Origin: Promethearchaeia archaeon
Lineage (GTDB): Archaea > Asgardarchaeota > Lokiarchaeia > Sigyniarchaeales > SOKP01
Direction: 5' to 3'
Assembly (NCBI GenBank): GCA_046483985.1
Contig: JAWOCD010000076.1
Coordinates: 1 to 14,371, forward strand
Length of the DNA stretch: 14,371 nucleotides
Part shown: piece after piece, positions 1 to 6,404 of the stretch
Layout of the letters: every line of letters begins with the position of its first letter
How positions within the stretch are numbered: position 1 is the stretch's first letter
The notes under the pieces: generated by a model
The model's input: only the letters and a program-made list of their open reading frames with translations
Told to the model about the DNA's origin: nothing
Database searches by the model: none
Program-made: the position numbers and the translations under genes

Positions 1-4
1 TTTT

Positions 5-1129
5 TTATAACTTTTCTAACCGGAGTTTGGATATAACATCAGTTAAAGTTTTAAGCATTTCCTCCAATTCCTTGATTGTGATTTCCCCCATATGACCAAT
101 TCGAAACGTTTTCCCGCTGAGATCTCCGTAGCCGTTTACAATACGATAACCTTTTTCCAGCATTTGATTAACCATCTTCGACAAATCGAGATCTAACGTG
201 TTTTTGATGGTGGAAACGGTATTGGATTCATACCCTTTTGCAGAAAACATATCCATATTGATATCCCGTGCAAAAATCCTGGTCCGTTTTCCGAGCCTTT
301 CGTGCCGCTTAAATCGGTTTTCAAGCCCTTCTTCATTTAATATATAATCTAACTGGGCTACTAAAGCCCGAATTTGGGGTATCGGAGGGGTTGTAGGAGT
401 TTGATGAATTTCCCCTTTTTTAAGAAAATAAAGAAAATCAAAATAATGTCCCTGGTTTTCAACTTGCTTTGCCTTATCAATTGCTTCCTCTGAGATAGAG
501 CAGACTGCCAATCCCGGAGGGAGGGCAAAGCATTTTTGAACGGAGGCCAGACAGACATCAATCCCAAGTTTATCCACTTCTAGTTTCATCCCTGCCATAG
601 ATGAGGTGGCATCCACACAGACCAAGGCTCCAGAATCCTTGAGTATGGGAATAACTTCTTCCAAGGGATTATAGACTCCAGTAGACGTTTCATTGGATTG
701 AATAAATACCACAGAATAATCATCTTTTTCTAATGCCGTCTTGGCAACGTCCGGTGTGATCGCGTTCCCCCATTCCACAGATTCTTTTACCGCAGTTTTT
801 CCATTTTTTTTGGCAACTTTATGCCAGCGATCTCCAAAGGCGCCCATTGACAAGAATAATGCTTTATCTTCTTGGGCAACTAAATTACGTACACAAGCCT
901 CCATTACACCTGTTGCCGACGAGGTAAAAATTAAGCATTGGTTATCCGTATATAATAATTTCTGTAATCCTTCAACAGCTTCCTTATGCATTTCAGAATA
1001 GGGTTGCGAACGATGGGTATCATTTGGTTTTTTCAGCTCGTTCAATATTCGTTCCGGAACAGAAACGGGTCCCGGCGTAAAAAGCTTTAATTGCGAGCCA
1101 TCTTCCTTATTAAAATGAATATTAGACAT
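5..1129 (-). CDS. Class V PLP-dependent aminotransferase (serine-pyruvate / alanine-glyoxylate aminotransferase family)
   Basis: 374 aa with family motifs LFTPGP, NETSTGV, VDATSS, the PLP-lysine motif SVQKCFALPPG, TPTTP and C-terminal FRIGHMG. Confidence 0.92.
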   Translation of the reverse strand: MSNIHFNKEDGSQLKLFTPGPVSVPERILNELKKPNDTHRSQPYSEMHKEAVEGLQKLLYTDNQCLIFTSSATGVMEACVRNLVAQEDKALFLSMGAFGDRWHKVAKKNGKTAVKESVEWGNAITPDVAKTALEKDDYSVVFIQSNETSTGVYNPLEEVIPILKDSGALVCVDATSSMAGMKLEVDKLGIDVCLASVQKCFALPPGLAVCSISEEAIDKAKQVENQGHYFDFLYFLKKGEIHQTPTTPPIPQIRALVAQLDYILNEEGLENRFKRHERLGKRTRIFARDINMDMFSAKGYESNTVSTIKNTLDLDLSKMVNQMLEKGYRIVNGYGDLSGKTFRIGHMGEITIKELEEMLKTLTDVISKLRLEKL

Positions 1130-1189
1130 GATTATCTCAAGAGAAAAAACGCAGACTAAAATAAATATCTTATCACAATGAAAAGCACA

Positions 1190-1258
1190 ATCAAATAAAA
1201 ATAATGGAAAAAAGAGAAGAATAAAAAAGGGTTACAGAGAGAAAAGAATTTTTCTTTT
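1190..1258 (-). terminator. Probable terminator of ppsA (short hairpin plus oligo-T/pyrimidine tracts)
   Basis: After the ppsA stop the minus strand reads AAAAGAA-AAA-TTCTTTT, then T-rich tracts (CCCTTTTTTATTCTTCTCTTTTTT). Oligo-U termination is typical of archaea. Confidence 0.4.
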
Positions 1259-1260
1259 AT

Positions 1261-4107
1261 TTAAATCTTATTGATATTCCTTCTATATTTTTCTAACTTT
1301 TCTACATATTTATAGTAAAAGCTGTCGAAATCCTCGAGATTGCCTACTTCTATCGTACTTACGAAACTTTCGGCTATATTCACGATTTTATTGGAAAGAT
1401 CATTATACCTCTCTTTGCTCGCTTCATCATCAAAGTCCAGCGTTTTTAGTTTCCCCCGTATTTGGGCGACCAACTCATCCGCCTCTCGCAAGAATTTATA
1501 GGAAATGTCCTTTTGGCTCTCCTCTAATTTGGATTCTATCGTCTCAGTTCGCCACGTATTTATTTTCCCCCGGGCAAATGTATCAAAATTGAGCGAAATG
1601 GAATCAATGTTTTCTTGTACGAGAAAACGTAGAAATTCGGGATCGTCGGAGGGCGCTTGCCCACAGATGCCTACTTTTTTTCCGTTTTCATGGGCAATCC
1701 GGATAAGTTCTCTTACCGCCCTTCTGATTGCTCCACTGTTGGTGACGTAGTTGAATCGTTCAGCGATGGGTATAAGTTTTTCGTTATCCCGTCCAGACCC
1801 ATAAACCAGCTGAGTTAAATCATTTGAACCGATAGAAAACCCGTCAAAATAATTACAAAATACATCCGCTAAAAAGATATTAGAGGGTATTTCTGCCATA
1901 CAATACACTTTCAAGCCATTTCCACCCCTCACTAATCCGTTTCTCTTCATAATCTTTTCTATTTTATCCGCCTCTTCTGGCGTTCGACAGAAGGGGATCA
2001 TCGGTATGATATTTTTAAGCCCCCACTCTCGTGCGAGTTTAATTGCTTCTAATTCCAAAACAAAGGCATCTTGGAAATCATTAGATACATATCGCGACGC
2101 ACCGCGGAATCCAAGCATCGGGTTGTGTTCATCGCTTTCATAATACCAGCCCCCTATGAGATTCCGATATTCGTTCGTTTTGAAGTCGGACAACCGAACG
2201 ATACAAGGAGCAATGGAGCCGTCTTTCAATTCTTTCCATACCCCTGCCGCAATAGTGGCAATCCCCTCTGCTAACTTTTGCACATAGAATTTCTTTTTAT
2301 CTTCAAAACCCACAGTGATTTTTTCTATTTCATTAATGGTTTCCCGTAACTTATTAATTTCTTGATTGAAGGGATCCTTATAATAGAGTTGCGATTTCTT
2401 AATACTTTCGATCTTCATTCTCTGTTCTTTTAGCTGTTCAAGGCGGTCTTTCAATTTCTCAAAATGGATAAGGGCATTAGGGTGAATTTGGATCTCGTCA
2501 TTAATAATGAACTCCAACCGAGCTAAACCGGTGCCATCGGGATGTTTGCCCGCAGAAAGTGCACCCTTCGGGATTCCCAGATTGACGAGGACTTGGGTTT
2601 CGGTCTCGGGCAATTGATCAAATTCAATGGTATCGTAATCATATTTTACCTTCTTCGTCCAAATGCGCGGCTCTCCCTCACTACAATCGATAGTCAAGTA
2701 ATCTAAATTATCTTGTCGTTGTTTATGAGATATTGTTTCCACGATATTATCTGCGCCGACAATTGAAGCGATGTTAAGTTCTCTTGAGACGATTGCAGCG
2801 TGACACGTGGGACCGCCTCTTTCTGTAATCACCCCTCCTAAATTTTGCATATAAGAGGTCCAATCAGGATTGGTCTCTTCCGTTACCAATATATCTCCTT
2901 CTTCCAGTAAATGCGCTTGGTTAATGGATTCGATGATTTTGAATTTGCCGTGACCAATCCGTCGGCCGATTGCCGTTCCTGAGTTTTGGATATAATATCC
3001 TTCTTTAATTAATTGGTCGGGGTCTTCTAACAAATAGAAAATCTCTTCCTTATCTCCTTTTTGGCTGTGAACGGTCTCTGGACGGGCTTGCACAATATAA
3101 ATATCTTCACTGTTGTCCATAGCCCATTCAATATCCATCCGTCTTCCGTAATGTTCTCTAATTTTTAAGGCGTATTCCGATAATTCCAATACTTGGTCAT
3201 CGGTTAAACAGAATTCCATCTGCTTTTTCTCGGGAACATTTAGTATATCGACTCCCCCCTCATCTCTGTCAAAAACCATCATTTTTTCCTTTCTGATGCG
3301 ACTTCTGTTGATTATCTGGAGACCTTTTGGGTTATGTTTAAACACAATAAATTCATCTCCTTTCTCCGCTCCTTGCACAATCAATTCACCTAACCCCCAC
3401 GTACCTCGAATAACAATTACATTCGGATTTCCCGAATCGGGGTCCTCAGTAAACATCACACCGGAGCTTTTTACACCGTTCGCGCCGCCGGCCATTTCTT
3501 GGACACCAACGCTCAGTTTTACCTCGAAATGGTTGAATCCCGCACGTTCTCGGTATGCGGTGGCTCGAGTGGTAAACACGGAAGCCATATCCTTTAAGAT
3601 ATACTCCAGAACCTCTTCCTCACCGCTAATATTGAGATGGGTATCTTGTTGTCCCGCAAAAGAAGCGTCCGGCAAGTCTTCTGCCGTAGCAGAGCTCCGG
3701 ATTGCAAACGTGGACTCTTTTCCGATCTTTTCGGTCAATTCTCTATACGCATCCAAAATTTCTTCCCGTAAGATATCGGGCATTCTCGCTTGCTCAATAT
3801 GCGTTCTAATATTGGCACAGATCTTATCGACCACTTGTATAGATTTGATATCTTCTCTGTTTAGTTGGCGTGAAATACGCTCAATTTGGGTTTGGATATA
3901 ATCCTTAAGGGAAATAACCTCTCCTTTATATAAAATGTCGTTTGTTTCCAATACATAATCAAAGGCATTGGCGAGTACGGCAAATCCAAGAGGGACAGGG
4001 ATACCGAAGCTTAATAGCTCACCGAGGGAGGCGTTTTTACCGCCTACCGTGCTCACGTCCTTTGAACTTAACTCATTAAAAAATTTAATATATCTATAAT
4101 CTTTCAT
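1261..4107 (-). CDS. ppsA: Phosphoenolpyruvate synthase (pyruvate, water dikinase)
   Basis: 948 aa with VGGKNASLGE, IRSSATAEDLPDASFAGQQDT, DIEWA...QARPETV, phospho-His motif GGPTCHAAIVSRE, GLARLEF, RLSDFKTNEY, NPMLGFRGASRY, FSIGSNDLTQ and GICGQAPSD. Confidence 0.96.
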   Translation of the reverse strand: MKDYRYIKFFNELSSKDVSTVGGKNASLGELLSFGIPVPLGFAVLANAFDYVLETNDILYKGEVISLKDYIQTQIERISRQLNREDIKSIQVVDKICANIRTHIEQARMPDILREEILDAYRELTEKIGKESTFAIRSSATAEDLPDASFAGQQDTHLNISGEEEVLEYILKDMASVFTTRATAYRERAGFNHFEVKLSVGVQEMAGGANGVKSSGVMFTEDPDSGNPNVIVIRGTWGLGELIVQGAEKGDEFIVFKHNPKGLQIINRSRIRKEKMMVFDRDEGGVDILNVPEKKQMEFCLTDDQVLELSEYALKIREHYGRRMDIEWAMDNSEDIYIVQARPETVHSQKGDKEEIFYLLEDPDQLIKEGYYIQNSGTAIGRRIGHGKFKIIESINQAHLLEEGDILVTEETNPDWTSYMQNLGGVITERGGPTCHAAIVSRELNIASIVGADNIVETISHKQRQDNLDYLTIDCSEGEPRIWTKKVKYDYDTIEFDQLPETETQVLVNLGIPKGALSAGKHPDGTGLARLEFIINDEIQIHPNALIHFEKLKDRLEQLKEQRMKIESIKKSQLYYKDPFNQEINKLRETINEIEKITVGFEDKKKFYVQKLAEGIATIAAGVWKELKDGSIAPCIVRLSDFKTNEYRNLIGGWYYESDEHNPMLGFRGASRYVSNDFQDAFVLELEAIKLAREWGLKNIIPMIPFCRTPEEADKIEKIMKRNGLVRGGNGLKVYCMAEIPSNIFLADVFCNYFDGFSIGSNDLTQLVYGSGRDNEKLIPIAERFNYVTNSGAIRRAVRELIRIAHENGKKVGICGQAPSDDPEFLRFLVQENIDSISLNFDTFARGKINTWRTETIESKLEESQKDISYKFLREADELVAQIRGKLKTLDFDDEASKERYNDLSNKIVNIAESFVSTIEVGNLEDFDSFYYKYVEKLEKYRRNINKI

Positions 4108-4139
4108 AGCGATTATCTAATTCATATTAATTTCTCTTT

Positions 4140-4290
4140 CTAATTATAATCTTATTACTTTGAACTACTCACGCCCAAATGCGTGAGATTCATATTCTCT
4201 AATGTGTGTTTAATACATTAGACACTATAGGTTGGTTCTCCAACCGTAAATTACGGTTCTGCTTTTTTTTATATTTACGGACTATATTAA
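4140..4290 (-). ncRNA. Putative TnpB omega-RNA (reRNA) scaffold plus flank-derived guide
   Basis: It overlaps the tnpB-like 3' coding remnant and the right end, as TnpB omega-RNAs do. Stems on + coordinates: 4168-4174/4181-4187, 4198-4205/4215-4222, 4230-4235/4240-4245 and 4242-4248/4252-4258. The guide would begin at 4159 (AGTAATAAGATTATAATTAG). The 5' boundary is approximate and expression is not shown. Confidence 0.55.
4141..4151 (-). promoter_or_regulatory. Candidate archaeal TATA box of ppsA
   Basis: The minus strand reads GATTATAATTA, with the TTATAA core at 4144-4149, about 37 nt upstream of the ppsA ATG (4107). The AT-rich context makes this uncertain. Confidence 0.4.
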
Positions 4291-4314
4291 TGCTAAGGTA
4301 TTAGTCCGAAGCAT
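4199..4314 (-). pseudogene. tnpB: tnpB remnant (N-terminus fused out of frame to C-terminal tail)
   Basis: The ATG at 4314 gives MLRTNTLALI*, resembling TnpB N-termini of the MxRTxxF/L type. A second frame from 4294 gives SINIVRKYKKKQNRNLRLENQPIVSNVLNTH* (stop 4201-4199), matching the tail after the TnpB RuvC-III motif DxNG(A/S)xNIxRKY. Both matches are short and are supported mainly by the flanking IS ends. Confidence 0.6.
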
Positions 4315-4341
4315 TGTATAATTATAAGTTAGATATTGATC

Positions 4342-4351
4342 TATTTAAATA
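4342..4351 (-). promoter_or_regulatory. TATA box inside the miniature element (former tnpB promoter)
   Basis: TTTAAATA on the minus strand (4349-4342, inside the palindrome TATTTAAATA) ends 28 nt upstream of the remnant ATG at 4314. This spacing fits an archaeal leaderless or short-leader transcript. Confidence 0.55.
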
Positions 4352-4523
4352 TATGGTCTTAAGAAATTTAGGAATTGAAACGCAGAATTCATCTCCATCC
4401 TAAGGTGTGAAATTTTTTTTTTGCTTTCTGATAAGACTAAAACTATATACAACAAAGAGAAAAGAAAGAGAATGTAGAATAATTATCATCTAAAATAATG
4501 GAAATTTTAAGGAATTAAGAAAT

Positions 4524-5144
4524 TTAATTGATGGTACGGATCCGTCCCTTTTCAAACTTGAAAGTCTCACGGGATTGTTGAATCCGGTTATCTTGGAGCT
4601 GATACAAAATAACTTCAATGGGATTTTCTTTATAAATGAGTACTTGAATAAATGCGGGGGTCTCAGTTGCCAAAAAAGACCACGCACCTGTAACACTTCC
4701 CGGATTTAATAATAATACGGCTTCTTTCGTTAAATAGATTTCTTCTTTGTGAGTATGCCCCGAGACTAAAATGTGAGAATCACGTTCCAGTGCCAACTGC
4801 TCTAACTGCGAGTGATTTCCGCGATCTTTAATCTGGGCTCCATGCGTGAGCCCTATTCTCAACTCCTCCCCTGTGGCAAATGGGATTTCCAAATACTCCA
4901 TTTTGGGGGCATTCCTATTTCCGCCATAATAATCCATATTTCCGAGTACCCTTAAAACCTCTTCTTCCGTCTTAGAGTTTAAAAAATCAATAAAAGTTGG
5001 GGATTCTATAAGATCTCCGGTAAATAAAATATGATCAAAAAGGGAATCTTTGGTTAGATTATCTATTTCCTCCAGGATCGGATCGGGAACTTCTTTTGCC
5101 CTTTTCGGTATGTGGGAATCTCCTAATACCAATAATCTCATCAT
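4524..5144 (-). CDS. Vps29/MJ0936/YfcE-family metallophosphoesterase
   Basis: 206 aa with the calcineurin-like motifs GDSHIP, FTGDL, VLGNMD, GLTHG, VSGHTH and LNPGSVTG. It starts 13 nt after the tyrS stop, so the two are probably co-transcribed. Confidence 0.9.
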   Translation of the reverse strand: MMRLLVLGDSHIPKRAKEVPDPILEEIDNLTKDSLFDHILFTGDLIESPTFIDFLNSKTEEEVLRVLGNMDYYGGNRNAPKMEYLEIPFATGEELRIGLTHGAQIKDRGNHSQLEQLALERDSHILVSGHTHKEEIYLTKEAVLLLNPGSVTGAWSFLATETPAFIQVLIYKENPIEVILYQLQDNRIQQSRETFKFEKGRIRTIN

Positions 5145-5157
5145 ATTTTACAAAAAA

Positions 5158-6264
5158 TCACGCATTTGATTTATATTTTTTATATTCTCTCTTCACATAT
5201 TCGTAAAGTTCCTTGGCTTCTTCATCCTCTTCGAAATGAGTTCGAATGGGTTCAAGGAATTTATTTAAATATTTTGCCACGGCGGGTTTCAAGTCCGGAG
5301 CACCCAGTTCCCCTTCTATATAGGCATCTTCCAATTCGTTATACGAATTATATTCCACATCCCCTCCGTATTTCTCCGGTCTCTCTATAAAAAAAGTATC
5401 CGCAAGTTCAAAAATGATATACTTGCAGTATTCCAAGATCGGATTTTCTTTTGCATTATTCGGAGGGCAATAGGCTTTGTTAATTTTTCGCCTTACTTCT
5501 TCGGGAGAATCCAACATAAAAATAGCCGAGTCGGGGTCTGATTTCGACATCTTAATATGAATCATCCGGTCTACCCCCCCTTCGGTGGTTTCTGGTGGTG
5601 CAGTAAGCCCCATGAGCATATGATGATGAATAGCCATCGGTTTTGGTCTGTCTAATTTGGAAGCCACATCTCGAGCCAACATATTTACCTTCCTTTGGTC
5701 CAGCCCCAACTGACAGATATCTGCATCAAGATAAAAAATATCAGCGGCTTGCATTAAGGGATAAAGGATTTGGGAAGCGCTGAGCGTGTCGGTATCATCC
5801 CTTCCCATTATTTGCGTGCATCGTAAGACTCGGTTTAGGGTATTATTAATCGCGATTTTCAACACCAATTCCCAATAGTCCGGGTCCTTAATGAGCTCCG
5901 ATGCGTAAATAAATTCAACATTGTCAAAATCCATATCGCATACCTTCCACACTTCGATAAAAAATTGACCTACCTTCCTAATTATATCTAAATCCCCGTG
6001 AAATTTCTGGTTTGCTGCGGCATGCCAATCTGCAATGAGAAATTTAAATTTAATACCAGCTTTGGTGATTTTATTCACATTAATTGCTCGTAAAAGTCCT
6101 TGGGCAATATGAATATTCCCGGAAGGTTCAAATCCATCATATGCGATGATCTCTTTATCGTGGTCCAGTTTCCACTCCAGCATCTCCCGTAATTCCTCTT
6201 CTACAATAATCTCCTCTCCAACTTGCCGTAGCAAATTCATTCTCTCTTCGATAGATAACGTCAT
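5158..6264 (-). CDS. tyrS: Tyrosine--tRNA ligase, archaeal/eukaryotic type
   Basis: 368 aa with YDGFEPSG-x-IHIAQG (HIGH variant), IADWHA, YPLMQAADIF, QLGLDQRKVNMLAR, KMSKS and KINKAYCPP. It has no bacterial S4 domain. Confidence 0.96.
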   Translation of the reverse strand: MTLSIEERMNLLRQVGEEIIVEEELREMLEWKLDHDKEIIAYDGFEPSGNIHIAQGLLRAINVNKITKAGIKFKFLIADWHAAANQKFHGDLDIIRKVGQFFIEVWKVCDMDFDNVEFIYASELIKDPDYWELVLKIAINNTLNRVLRCTQIMGRDDTDTLSASQILYPLMQAADIFYLDADICQLGLDQRKVNMLARDVASKLDRPKPMAIHHHMLMGLTAPPETTEGGVDRMIHIKMSKSDPDSAIFMLDSPEEVRRKINKAYCPPNNAKENPILEYCKYIIFELADTFFIERPEKYGGDVEYNSYNELEDAYIEGELGAPDLKPAVAKYLNKFLEPIRTHFEEDEEAKELYEYVKREYKKYKSNA

Positions 6265-6349
6265 AATATCAAGCTCTTCTATAATTATAAATTATCTAAT
6301 AGTCAATTGGATTAAATCTTTATGAAATTGCTTGAGCACATTTAGATTT

Positions 6350-6400
6350 AAAAAATAGCGAAAAAGTTAAAAAATAAAATAAAGAAAATAATAAAGAAAT
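6350..6400 (-). terminator. Probable oligo-T terminator of ppdK
   Basis: The minus strand just after the ppdK stop reads TTTCTTTATTATTTTCTTTATTTTATTTTTTAACTTTTT. Confidence 0.45.
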
Positions 6401-6404
6401 TACT

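Larger units (their letters stand above)
4160..4430 (-). mobile_element. Non-autonomous miniature IS200/IS605-family element (internally deleted tnpB element)
   Basis: Right end (minus strand): GAAT-CTCACGC-ATTTGG-GCGTGAG-TAGT-TCAA. This is a perfect 7-bp subterminal hairpin preceded by GAAT and ending in TCAA, the guide/cleavage tetranucleotide pair known for the IS608 right end. Left end: CTTAT|CAGAAAGC-A10-TTTCACACCTTAGGATGGAGATGAATT, an imperfect hairpin 3' of a TTAT target-like motif. There are no terminal inverted repeats or target duplication, as expected for this family. tnpB-like fragments lie inside. Confidence 0.8.

Noticed and set aside
2780-2830. Possible intein in the long (948-aa) PpsA
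   Set aside because: The active-site region GGPTCHAAIVSRE is contiguous and no intein or LAGLIDADG motifs are visible. The extra length comes from helical insertions and the C-terminal tail.
361-3901. ORFs 361-567, 741-1001, 1505-1750, 2071-2274 and 3296-3901
   Set aside because: They lie inside or antisense to the well-supported aminotransferase and ppsA genes and have no recognisable motifs, so they are shadow ORFs.
4160-4315. Hairpin cluster read as a CRISPR array, tRNA or classical riboswitch
   Set aside because: There are no repeated units with spacers and no cloverleaf or T-loop. The GAAT-hairpin-TCAA end, the left-end hairpin and the tnpB-like fragments explain it better.
4160-4430. 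Element read on the + strand as an IscB/HEARO-type RNA
   Set aside because: No IscB ORF (PLMP or HNH motifs) follows, and the promoter, ATG and NIxRKY tail all lie on the minus strand. Not fully excluded without a covariance-model search.
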